17,752 bases of DNA from Oscillospiraceae bacterium (lineage in GTDB: Bacteria > Bacillota > Clostridia > Oscillospirales > SIG519): positions 1 to 17,752 of the forward strand of contig SVMS01000034.1 of assembly GCA_015067255.1 (NCBI GenBank). Direction: 5' to 3'. Positions 1 to 7,193 of the stretch are shown piece by piece (the stretch's first letter is position 1; each line of letters starts with the position of its first letter). Under the pieces are notes generated by a model. The model was not told where the DNA came from. It saw nothing but the letters and a program-made list of their open reading frames with translations, and searched no databases. A program made the translations under genes and the position numbers.

Positions 1-591
1 GTATATCACAAAGGAAAGCCATGTGCCTCCTGTGGAAATATAACGGAAATCAGTGTTGTTGTCCATACTGAAACAAATGGTGAATTTGATCTTGATATGG
101 CAAAGATTATTGTTTACGGAGATATTAACATTAGCGCACTCTACCTTAGAATCAATGGTGGAAAAGAAGTTACTGTTACAGGCAAGCATCCAAAATCCTT
201 CACGATTTCCGCAGGCACTAACCACATTTTTGCTACAACTGTAACAAAACTGGAGAGAGCCTCAAACAGACTTTCTGACGGTGGCTTTGCAAGTAAATTG
301 ACGGCGGCTGTACAGGATAGCACCAACACCACCTTAGGCGGTGAGCTTGAATTTGGCGAAGATGATGTTTTACTTATTGAGGTTAAGCAAAAGGGCCTCA
401 AGACTGTTGTTTATAACAAGCTCGTTTCTGCTGCTGAAGCCAACGATTATGTATATATGGATGAGGTTGTAGAATACGGCACAAAAAAATCAGGACGATG
501 GATTAAATGGTTGATTTTGGTATTGGGCTTCTTTGGGCTTTTGTTGTTCCTTGCTTTTATGTTCGTTTTTATGGCTGAAATGAACGTATAA
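1..591 (+). CDS. hypothetical protein, 5'-truncated at window edge; CxxC motif near the edge; C-terminal transmembrane anchor
   Basis: Frame 1 is open from nt 1 (VYHKGKPCASCGN...) into the annotated ATG at 97, so the gene probably starts upstream of the window. Stop TAA at 589-591. Very hydrophobic C-terminus (WIKWLILVLGFFGLLLFLAFMFVFM). A hairpin terminator follows. Confidence 0.5.
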   Translation, partial: VYHKGKPCASCGNITEISVVVHTETNGEFDLDMAKIIVYGDINISALYLRINGGKEVTVTGKHPKSFTISAGTNHIFATTVTKLERASNRLSDGGFASKLTAAVQDSTNTTLGGELEFGEDDVLLIEVKQKGLKTVVYNKLVSAAEANDYVYMDEVVEYGTKKSGRWIKWLILVLGFFGLLLFLAFMFVFMAEMNV

Positions 592-664
592 TTAGAAATA
601 ATTAACAGGCTTGCGAAGCTCTTGTACAGAGAGATTTGCTTGAGATTAAATAAAGTTTATCAAA

Positions 665-700
665 AGAGTTATCTCTTGTTTAGAGATAGCTCTTTTCATA
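665..700 (+). terminator. rho-independent terminator after the first gene
   Basis: 12-bp stem agagttatctct (665-676) / agagatagctct (682-693), with one G-U pair in RNA. Loop tgttt. Followed by TTTCAT. Confidence 0.5.
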
Positions 701-706
701 TATAGC

Positions 707-735
707 TTGAAAAAATTCATTATAAATGGTATATT
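707..735 (+). promoter_or_regulatory. sigma-A type promoter for the thrE-like operon
   Basis: -35 TTGAAA (707-712), 17-nt spacer, TGg-extended -10 TATATT (730-735). RBS AAGAGGA (764-770) lies 6 nt before ATG 777. Confidence 0.5.
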
Positions 736-776
736 AGCCTTATAGATAATTTGGAGTTGCGAAAAGAGGATTTTTA

Positions 777-1529
777 ATGGTAAAGTTGTTTGGCTATGCT
801 ATGGATATTGGCGAGCAGATGCTGATTTCAGGGGCTGAGGTTCATAGAGTTGAGGAAAGCATAAACCGAATGTGCCACGCATTAGGCGCAGTAAGAGTTG
901 ATGTTTTTATCATTACAAGCAGTATGGTTGTTACCATTCATACAGAGGATGGAAATACATATACACAAACACGCAGAGTAACTACTGCAAGCTTTAATTT
1001 TGAAAAACTGCATTATTTAAATAATTTATCAAGAGAAATTTGTGAAAATAAGCTTACAGAGCAAGAAATCGAGAAGAAATTAAGCGATGCAAAAAGAAGC
1101 AAAAAATTTCCGATTTGGCTTGAGTTTATATGCTATGCGGTAATAGCGGGTGCATTTACGCTGTTTTTCGGCGGAAATATTACAGAGTCTGTGATTTCTC
1201 TGTTTGTTGGGGCAGCAGTCAGACTAAGTCTGTTTTTTTCTGAAAAAATAATCTCCAACAAAATATTTGATAAATTTTTTGCCACCGTCATAATTACATT
1301 TTTGGCTTTTTTGGCAGTTAAATTCGCTTGGATAAATGATGTGGATAAAGTTATCATAGGTAATATAATGTCACTTATTCCCGGTATTGGTTTGACCAAT
1401 GCAATACGTGATTTGTTTATCGGAGACAGTATTGCAGGTCTTTTACGTTCTATTGAAGCTGTGCTTACAGCACTTGCAATTGCAGCAGGTTATTTCTTGG
1501 TTGCTGTTTTGGGAGGCTTTGTTTTATGA
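777..1529 (+). CDS. threonine/serine exporter family protein, ThrE (DUF1212-like), N-terminal half of a bipartite exporter
   Basis: 250 aa. Soluble N-terminal region followed by several TM helices. GYAMDIGEQML..GAEVHRVEESI and the later GIGLTNAIRDLFIGD resemble the YjjP/ThrE family. Its stop overlaps the next start (ATGA at 1526-1529). Confidence 0.75.
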   Translation: MVKLFGYAMDIGEQMLISGAEVHRVEESINRMCHALGAVRVDVFIITSSMVVTIHTEDGNTYTQTRRVTTASFNFEKLHYLNNLSREICENKLTEQEIEKKLSDAKRSKKFPIWLEFICYAVIAGAFTLFFGGNITESVISLFVGAAVRLSLFFSEKIISNKIFDKFFATVIITFLAFLAVKFAWINDVDKVIIGNIMSLIPGIGLTNAIRDLFIGDSIAGLLRSIEAVLTALAIAAGYFLVAVLGGFVL

Positions 1530-1969
1530 CACAAACTGAAATAATTCAAATTTTAGCAGGCTTTGTAGGTACAACAGGCTTTGCAATACTATTTAATATT
1601 CGTGGCAAAAGACTGCTCACAGTAGCAATCGGCGCCTTGCTTTCGTGGTTGTTGTTTGTTGTGATAAGTAAATTTGTTACAAATGAGCCAATCGTATATT
1701 TTATTGTAGCCTGTGTTATCTCTACATACGCAGAAATAATGGCAAGAGTGTTAAAAACACCGACAACTACCTTTATTACCACCTCGTTAATACCTCTTAT
1801 CCCCGGCGGCTCGCTTTATTATACAATGGTGCTTGCTTTTCAGGGCAACGTAAATACCTTTTTACCCAAAGCGATATACACTATGCAGCTGGCTTCTGCT
1901 TTAGCGTTGGGTATTATTATTTCGACTACGATTGCAAAATTGATTACCGGCAAAAAAAATAAAGTATAA
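1526..1969 (+). CDS. threonine/serine exporter family protein (ThrE_2/DUF3815-like, YjjB-type), C-terminal half of a bipartite exporter
   Basis: 147 aa, four predicted TM helices, typical size and topology for a YjjB partner. 4-bp ATGA overlap with the upstream gene indicates translational coupling. RBS GGGAGG at 1511-1516. Confidence 0.7.
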   Translation: MTQTEIIQILAGFVGTTGFAILFNIRGKRLLTVAIGALLSWLLFVVISKFVTNEPIVYFIVACVISTYAEIMARVLKTPTTTFITTSLIPLIPGGSLYYTMVLAFQGNVNTFLPKAIYTMQLASALALGIIISTTIAKLITGKKNKV

Positions 1970-2004
1970 TTTTAACGCAATACTTATAATGATTGTAGTT
2001 TGTC

Positions 2005-2050
2005 GAAACGCTGAAAAGCGTTTCAATAAGCCGATTTTATCGGCTTTGTG
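2005..2050 (+). terminator. two consecutive hairpins downstream of the thrE-like operon (probable terminator)
   Basis: Perfect 8-bp stem gaaacgct/agcgtttc with a GAAA (GNRA) tetraloop at 2005-2024. Second hairpin agccgat-ttt-atcggct at 2029-2045, followed by TTGTG. The U-tract is weak, so efficiency is uncertain. Confidence 0.4.
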
Positions 2051-2179
2051 AAATCAAATTCTATAAAATTTTATTTCACAAGACAATCATTGCAATGGTT
2101 ATTGTCAAATTTTCTTTGAAAATTTGCTTCCAAATCACTGATTTGGTGTCGAAACAGTATTTCGTATTACTGTTTCGAC
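2047..2179. promoter_or_regulatory. palindrome-dense putative regulatory region upstream of the 2209 gene
   Basis: tgtgaaat (2047-2054) / atttcaca (2073-2080). Nested palindrome gacaat-cattgcaatg-gtt-attgtc (2082-2106, with a perfect 10-bp core cattgcaatg). Perfect 9-bp inverted repeat caaattttc-ttt-gaaaatttg (2106-2126). Perfect 12-bp inverted repeat gtcgaaacagta (2148-2159) / tactgtttcgac (2168-2179) with an 8-nt loop, 30 nt before the ATG. Confidence 0.4.
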
Positions 2180-2208
2180 TAACTATAACAATTATAGGCG
2201 GTGATTTA

Positions 2209-3174
2209 ATGAATAAAAGAAAAAAGAGAATGAATACTGTTGGACTTATAATTATTTCAATATTTTTGACTATTTCGTCTTTGATTTTGTTATTGTACGG
2301 TTATTTTCTTTTTAATGCATTATTTGGTAAAAAAATAAGTATTGATTCTGAATACGCAATGTATGTTGCTAATGGAGATATTGCTGTTAAAAAATATGAT
2401 ATTGAAGAATGTTCCGCATTGTATTTCTTTGAAGCTGAGTTTTCAAAAGGAAAGAGAACTCTATTTACAAACGAAGTGCCTAATTTGAAAATTATCAATG
2501 ATACAGAATATTATGTTGAGATAAGCGCAAATAAAGAAATTCACGATGTTATTGATATAAGTTTATCAGACAATGTTCTGATAATTGAATGTAAAGATGA
2601 TATATATAATCGTGTGCATGAGGACGACACATCATATGATTATAACTATGGGCTATATGTTGATTGCGAAAAATTAGATATAACTGTGCATGCGCCTATT
2701 TCTCGTTTTTATACGGATACAAATCTTACTTTGGACTTTGACGCCGCAAAAGCCGACAAGGTTGTGGCTGAATTGGCTTTTGGAGTGGACAAAGGTGTAA
2801 TTTATAACATTGATGCGAAAAGCTTTAGGCTGATTTGTTCCGGTTCATCAAGAGTGGAATTGATAGGTAATGTAAGTGAAACGGCAGAAATTAAGCTTTG
2901 GCACGACTCACGTGTTGACGCTAAAAAGCTAACGGCAAGTGAGTGGGATACAGATGTAAGTCGGGCTATTGGCGGTTTTAGCTATATCAGCCGTGAAAAA
3001 TGGGGACTGTTTGAATTTGATGTTGAAGGGCCGACGAACATCCTTGAATTTTTTATTTTTGCTTCGTTTATACTTTGGCTTGCTATAGAAATTGACCTGA
3101 TTAAAAAAAGAAAAAAGCTTTTGCAAGAGCTTTCAATTGAAAATGAAGTCAAATCAAGCGTTCAAGCTGATTAG
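2209..3174 (+). CDS. membrane protein with N-terminal signal-anchor, beta-rich ectodomain (possibly DUF4097/DUF2807-like putative-adhesin beta-solenoid) and C-terminal TM helix
   Basis: I prefer ATG 2209 (MNKRKKRMNTVGLIIISIFLTISSLILLLYGYFLF). It has the upstream GGCGGTGA SD-like sequence and a basic N-terminus followed by a TM helix. The track ORF starts at 2095, in the same frame. The C-terminal hydrophobic stretch EFFIFASFILWLAIEI is followed by KKRKK. Internal ...SGSSRVELIGNV...IKLWHDSRVDA... repeats resemble beta-solenoid adhesin-like domains. Confidence 0.55.
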   Translation: MNKRKKRMNTVGLIIISIFLTISSLILLLYGYFLFNALFGKKISIDSEYAMYVANGDIAVKKYDIEECSALYFFEAEFSKGKRTLFTNEVPNLKIINDTEYYVEISANKEIHDVIDISLSDNVLIIECKDDIYNRVHEDDTSYDYNYGLYVDCEKLDITVHAPISRFYTDTNLTLDFDAAKADKVVAELAFGVDKGVIYNIDAKSFRLICSGSSRVELIGNVSETAEIKLWHDSRVDAKKLTASEWDTDVSRAIGGFSYISREKWGLFEFDVEGPTNILEFFIFASFILWLAIEIDLIKKRKKLLQELSIENEVKSSVQAD

Positions 3175-3342
3175 TATCACAGGAAGAAAGGAGCAGTCTC
3201 AAGTGAGGCTGTTCTTTCTTGCTCAGACAAGGGGAGCCGGCAGATTTTTGGCTCTCACGGAGGAAAAAAGGACTATATAGCAGGATAGCATCTGTTTTGT
3301 GAAAGCAATAAATTTAGCATATAAAAAATCTTAAAATCCCTA

Positions 3343-3371
3343 TTGACAATCACGTGACCGTGTGATATAAT
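3343..3371 (+). promoter_or_regulatory. perfect-consensus sigma-A promoter with a palindrome in the spacer
   Basis: -35 TTGACA (3343-3348), exactly 17 nt, -10 TATAAT (3366-3371) preceded by TG at 3363-3364 (extended -10). The spacer contains the 8-bp palindrome TCACGTGA (3350-3357) inside ATCAC-N8-GTGAT. RBS AGGAAGGTGA at 3387-3396. Confidence 0.65.
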
Positions 3372-3400
3372 CTAAGTAACCTAATTAGGAAGGTGATATA

Positions 3401-3955
3401 ATGGCTACCAACCTACCAGGAACTACGATCGAAGTTTCGGGAATTGCAAAAGGCTGTTCACGTATTATGTTTGAGGGTATTTTTGCCGCCGGCGGAATTA
3501 CTCTTTCTCAGGTTTCGGTGATGACAGGTCTTGAACCCTATATGATACAGAATTGGGTTAAACGTGGCTTTGTTTCTTCTCCGGTTAACCGTCAGTATAC
3601 AAAAAGTCAATTTGCAAGAATAGTGAATATAAATATGTTAAGGGAATCATTACCGCTTGACAGTATTTGTAGCCTGCTGTCATATATCAATGGTGATTTA
3701 AAGGACCAAAGCGATGATTTGATTGACGACAGTGAGCTGTATCACAAATATGTAGATATGCTTTCGGACATCAATTCAATAACCATTGATGAAAAAACGG
3801 TTATATCTGCAGCGGAGACGGCTGCCGAGGATTACAGCGAGCCTGTACAGGGGGCACGGCAAAGACTTAGTAAAATTTTGCAGGTAATGGCATATGCGCA
3901 CTTTGCCTCGATTTGTCGCAGTACGGCTGAAAAAAAGCTTTTAAGCTTAGAATAA
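3401..3955 (+). CDS. MerR-like helix-turn-helix protein (DUF1836-like) encoded upstream of the NfeD-flotillin genes
   Basis: 184 aa. ITLSQVSVMTGLEPYMIQNWVKRGFVSSPVNRQYTKSQFARIV matches the MerR-type HTH plus wing pattern. Acidic C-terminal region. Strong RBS. No terminator between its stop (3955) and the next gene (4000). Confidence 0.65.
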   Translation: MATNLPGTTIEVSGIAKGCSRIMFEGIFAAGGITLSQVSVMTGLEPYMIQNWVKRGFVSSPVNRQYTKSQFARIVNINMLRESLPLDSICSLLSYINGDLKDQSDDLIDDSELYHKYVDMLSDINSITIDEKTVISAAETAAEDYSEPVQGARQRLSKILQVMAYAHFASICRSTAEKKLLSLE

Positions 3956-3999
3956 TGCTTTTTACCCAATTTATTCTCGCAAAATAAGGAGGAATTTAT

Positions 4000-4641
4000 A
4001 TGCTTACTTGGTGGAACTCATTGAGTTTAGTTGCGCAAATTTTTGCCTGTATTGCTGTTCCTGCAACATTAGTTTTGATTGTACAAACGATACTTATGCT
4101 AATAGGAATTGGCGCAGAAACAGCAGACGGTGACGGATTTTCGTTGGGAGAAGATATTGCGGATGCAGATACGGATACAGACGGAGTTTTTTCACACGAT
4201 GTTCCTGACGGTGATATTGACCCCAGCGGCTTAGAGGCTTTACGGTTATTTACAGTAAGAGGAATAATTTCATTTTTGGTTGTATTCGGTTGGGTAGGAT
4301 ACGGAATGGAGAGCGCAGGCGTAAAGCTTTGGATTACGATTCCTGTAGCATTGGTCTGCGGCTTTGCTATGATGAGTATGATTGCTTTGCTGATGCGCTC
4401 TGTAATGAAGCTTCGCAACGACGGAAATCTTGATAACCGCAATGCTGTCGGTGTTTCAGGTAAGGTTTATCTTACAGTTCCTGCCAACAGAAAAGGCGAG
4501 GGCAAGGTAAATGTTATGCTTCAGGGCTCTTTTGTGGAGCGCGATGCCGTAACCGATGAAAACGAAGATATTCCCACAGGCCGTGAGGTAGTTGTAACAG
4601 GTCTTAGCGGGCAGACGGCTTTAGTAGTCAGAAGCAAATAA
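4000..4641 (+). CDS. NfeD-family membrane protein (YuaF/NfeD2-like: TM helices plus C-terminal OB-fold)
   Basis: 213 aa. N-terminal TM helix, an acidic D/G-rich linker, two more TM helices, then a C-terminal beta-rich segment GKVYLTVPANRKGEGKVNVMLQGSFVERDAV...GREVVVTGLSGQTALVV typical of NfeD OB-fold domains. RBS AAGGAGG at 3986-3992. Lies directly upstream of a flotillin gene, the canonical pairing. Confidence 0.8.
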   Translation: MLTWWNSLSLVAQIFACIAVPATLVLIVQTILMLIGIGAETADGDGFSLGEDIADADTDTDGVFSHDVPDGDIDPSGLEALRLFTVRGIISFLVVFGWVGYGMESAGVKLWITIPVALVCGFAMMSMIALLMRSVMKLRNDGNLDNRNAVGVSGKVYLTVPANRKGEGKVNVMLQGSFVERDAVTDENEDIPTGREVVVTGLSGQTALVVRSK

Positions 4642-4662
4642 ATTATTTATGGAGGTTTATAA

Positions 4663-6099
4663 ATGGAATCAGGAGTAATTATTTTAGTAAGTGCGATTGT
4701 TTTAGTGGTAATGTCCTTTATTATTTGGGCATGCTCAAGGTACAAGAAATGTCCTTCCGATAAGATTATGGTAATCTACGGTTCTATCGGAAAAAACAAG
4801 GACGGCACAAACAGAAGCGCAAAATGTATTCACGGCGGCGCAGAGTTTGTAGTGCCTGTATTTCAGTCTTATCAGTTTCTTGATTTGACACCTATTTCAA
4901 TTCAGGTGGATTTGAAAAACGCTCTTTCAAGACAGAATATCCGAATTGATGTACCTTCCCGTTTTACAGTAGGTATTTCTACCGAGCCCGGTGTTATGCA
5001 AAATGCGGCAGAGCGCTTGCTTGGATTACAGCTTTCTGAAATTCAAGAGCTTTCAAAGGATATAATTTTCGGTCAGCTTCGTCTTATTATTGCAACAATG
5101 GATATTGAGGAAATTAACACAGACCGTGATAAATTTTTGGCGGCTGTCAGCAGTAATGTTGAAACAGAGCTTAAAAAAATCGGTCTTCGTCTGATAAACG
5201 TAAACGTTACCGATATCAGCGACGAATCGGGCTATATTGCGGCTCTCGGTAAAGAGGCAGCGGCAAAGGCTATTAACGATGCTAAAAAGAGTGTTGCTGA
5301 GCAGGAAAGAGACGGTTCAATCGGTGAGGCTAATGCTCAGATGGAACAAAGAATTAAGGTTTCCGAAGCTGATTCAATTGCTATCCAGGGTGAAAATGAG
5401 GCAAAAATGAAGATAGCGATGTCTGAGGCAGCACTTAAGGAAAAAGAGGCAGAGGCTCAGAAAATTGCCACAACGGCTGAAAAAATCCAGGCGGCAAAGG
5501 CGTTGGAGGAGGCTTATGCTGCAGAGCAGGCGGCTGAGGAAGCACGTCGCTCCCGTGAGCAAGCAACCTTGGAAGCAGATATTATCGTTCGAGCAGAAAC
5601 TAAGAAACGTCAGCTTGAATTAGAGGCAGAGGCAGAAGCAGAGCAAATCCGCCGCAGAGCGAAGGGTGAAGCAGATGCTATTTATGCAAAAATGGAAGCC
5701 GAAGCACGAGGCGTTGAAGAAATACTTAAAAAGCAGGCAACAGGCTTTGCGGAAATCGTTAAGTCTGCTAACGGAGATGCCGAAGCGGCTCTCAAGCTTT
5801 TGATTGCGGATAAGCTTGAAGATTTAATGCGTGTTCAGGTTGATGCTATTAAGAATATAAAGATTGATAAGGTTACTGTTTGGGATAACGGTCAGAATAA
5901 GGACGGAAAAAATACCACCGCCGGCTTTATTTCCGGTATGATGCAGTCAGTTCCGCCTTTAGAGGAGGTTTTCTCTCTGGCAGGAATGCAGCTCCCCGAA
6001 ATTTTGGGCAAGAAAAAGGCTGATGTTGAAAACACAGCAGCTGTAACAATTGAGCCTGCAGTAAAGAATGAAGAACAGACCGAAACAAAGGCTGAATAG
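4663..6099 (+). CDS. floT: flotillin-family SPFH/band-7 protein (FloT/YuaG-like)
   Basis: 478 aa. N-terminal TM helix. SPFH domain (QVDLKNALSRQNIRIDVPSRFTVGI...IDIEEINTDRDKF). Long Glu/Ala-rich coiled-coil flotillin region (EAEAQKIATTAEKIQAAKALEEAYAAEQAAEEARR...ELEAEAEAEQIRRRAKGEADAIYAKMEAEARG). RBS GGAGGT at 4651-4656. Gene order NfeD-flotillin matches B. subtilis yuaF-floT. Confidence 0.9.
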   Translation: MESGVIILVSAIVLVVMSFIIWACSRYKKCPSDKIMVIYGSIGKNKDGTNRSAKCIHGGAEFVVPVFQSYQFLDLTPISIQVDLKNALSRQNIRIDVPSRFTVGISTEPGVMQNAAERLLGLQLSEIQELSKDIIFGQLRLIIATMDIEEINTDRDKFLAAVSSNVETELKKIGLRLINVNVTDISDESGYIAALGKEAAAKAINDAKKSVAEQERDGSIGEANAQMEQRIKVSEADSIAIQGENEAKMKIAMSEAALKEKEAEAQKIATTAEKIQAAKALEEAYAAEQAAEEARRSREQATLEADIIVRAETKKRQLELEAEAEAEQIRRRAKGEADAIYAKMEAEARGVEEILKKQATGFAEIVKSANGDAEAALKLLIADKLEDLMRVQVDAIKNIKIDKVTVWDNGQNKDGKNTTAGFISGMMQSVPPLEEVFSLAGMQLPEILGKKKADVENTAAVTIEPAVKNEEQTETKAE

Positions 6100-6118
6100 A
6101 TTTAATGATATAGGTAAC

Positions 6119-6146
6119 GGGGCACTTTCCATAAGGAAGGTGCCCT
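6119..6146 (+). other. stable RNA stem-loop between the flotillin gene and the downstream gene (no U-tract)
   Basis: 11-bp stem ggcactttcc / ggaaggtgcc with one G-U pair, loop ATAA, starting 20 nt after the flotillin stop. It lies just before the RBS of the next gene. No T-run follows, so it is not a canonical intrinsic terminator. It could be a processing or stability element, or a partial terminator. Confidence 0.4.
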
Positions 6147-6166
6147 GATTAAAAGGGGTGCGAAAA

Positions 6167-6970
6167 ATGAAGCTTTGTGATAATTGCGGGGCTCATAATT
6201 CCGATGAGCGTATTTTTTGCGTTGACTGTAACGAAATGTTGGGCGATAAGCTATCCTCTTTTGAGGAGCAAAAAATGCGTGCCAAGGTAAGCGGAAAAAT
6301 TGAAGAAATGTACAACAAAAAAGACCCTCTTTATGTAAGTAAGCTTGATAAAGCTATGGGGGCAGCGGCACTTATAGGGGCTTTATGCACTCTTGTATTT
6401 ATTATCATAGGTATAATTACTCAGCGAAGCTTTGAGCTTTTGTGGGTTGGAATGATATTTTTCTTATTGGCAAGCATTGAGGCGCTTATCCCTAAGGTTA
6501 TGTGGGCTATTGAAAAGCTAAGACTGAGCTTTTTTATCAGCGATGCAGATAATGCAGAGCCAAGCGGATTTTACATATTCAGCAGAAAAGCTACTGTTGT
6601 AATTTCGGTAGCAGTGGGAATTGTGATACTTACGGTCAATCTTCTCGGGTTCAGACATCCGCCAATCAGGGAATATATTTCTGATATAGCTAACACAAAA
6701 AGCGTTTCAATGAGCAGTCACACAAAGGACTATATTGATGCAAATCCTGAAAAATGGCAGAAAATTCTCAGCGAGAAAGACTATGCAGTAAATTTGTTTA
6801 TCTCTGAGCTTGAAAAAGCGACAAATACAGGGCTTGAAGAACAGCTGATGATACAGGCAATAATGCAAATAACAGGCAAGGATATAGAATACGTAAACAA
6901 GGATGATTTCTTATTCAAGTACTATAGTAACGGGATAGAGATAGAATACAGCACGCAAAAGATAGGATAA
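6167..6970 (+). CDS. zinc-ribbon-containing polytopic membrane protein of unknown function
   Basis: I prefer ATG 6167 (MKLCDNCGAHNSDERIFCVDCNEML: CxxC-X12-CxxC zinc ribbon) with AAAGGGGTG 6 nt upstream. The track ORF begins at in-frame GTG 6158. Three to four TM helices follow, then a soluble C-terminal domain. Strong terminator downstream. Confidence 0.65.
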   Translation: MKLCDNCGAHNSDERIFCVDCNEMLGDKLSSFEEQKMRAKVSGKIEEMYNKKDPLYVSKLDKAMGAAALIGALCTLVFIIIGIITQRSFELLWVGMIFFLLASIEALIPKVMWAIEKLRLSFFISDADNAEPSGFYIFSRKATVVISVAVGIVILTVNLLGFRHPPIREYISDIANTKSVSMSSHTKDYIDANPEKWQKILSEKDYAVNLFISELEKATNTGLEEQLMIQAIMQITGKDIEYVNKDDFLFKYYSNGIEIEYSTQKIG

Positions 6971-7036
6971 AGACTAAAAAGGCACAGACCGCAGAAAAGG
7001 AAAAAGCAAATAGGTTGAAGCTGATTTTCAAAACTG

Positions 7037-7077
7037 ATATAGGAAAGGAGTTTTTTCTCTTTTCCTATATTTTTTTG
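7037..7077 (+). terminator. strong rho-independent terminator for the + strand operon ending at 6970
   Basis: Stem atataggaaaggag (7037-7050) pairs with ctcttttcctatat (7057-7070), 14 bp with one G-U. Loop TTTTTT. Followed by TTTTTTG (7071-7077). Confidence 0.7.
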
Positions 7078-7084
7078 TAATGAA

Positions 7085-7110
7085 AAATTCCGCATAAAAA
7101 TACGGAATTT
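7085..7110. terminator. second hairpin, plausibly a terminator readable on either strand
   Basis: aaattccg (7085-7092) / cggaattt (7103-7110). On the - strand it is followed by TTTTTCA. On the + strand a T-run (7118-7124) begins 7 nt after the stem. Confidence 0.4.
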
Positions 7111-7193
7111 AAATAAATTTTTTCTGCTTTCCGCCACACCGTACGCCGACGAGAACGGATTGACGAAATCTGCACTCTTTTTGGACAGTCTAT

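Noticed and set aside
2095-2208. Annotated ATG at 2095 as start of the membrane-protein gene (MVIVKFSLKICFQ...)
   Set aside because: It has no SD. The N-terminal 38 residues would be encoded by the palindrome-rich regulatory DNA. ATG 2209 has an SD-like GGCGGTGA and gives a classic basic-then-TM N-terminus. The 2095 start cannot be fully excluded.
3184-3220. Imperfect long hairpin aagaaaggagcag...ctgttctttctt downstream of the 2209..3174 gene, considered as an intrinsic terminator
   Set aside because: It has mismatches and a bulge, a large 12-nt loop and no clean U-tract after the stem. It may contribute to termination but I cannot support it as a confident terminator.
3203-3280. Possible 25-codon small ORF (GTG start, VRLFFLAQTRGAGRFLALTEEKRTI) with AAAGGAG 9 nt upstream, located in the 3175-3342 intergenic region
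   Set aside because: It is too short to support from sequence alone. It overlaps an imperfect hairpin (3184-3220) that may simply be a weak terminator for the upstream gene. It would need ribosome profiling or conservation evidence.
6158-6166. GTG at 6158 as start of the Zn-ribbon membrane-protein gene
   Set aside because: The GTG overlaps the SD itself (AAAGGGGTG). ATG 6167 is correctly spaced 6 nt downstream of that SD.
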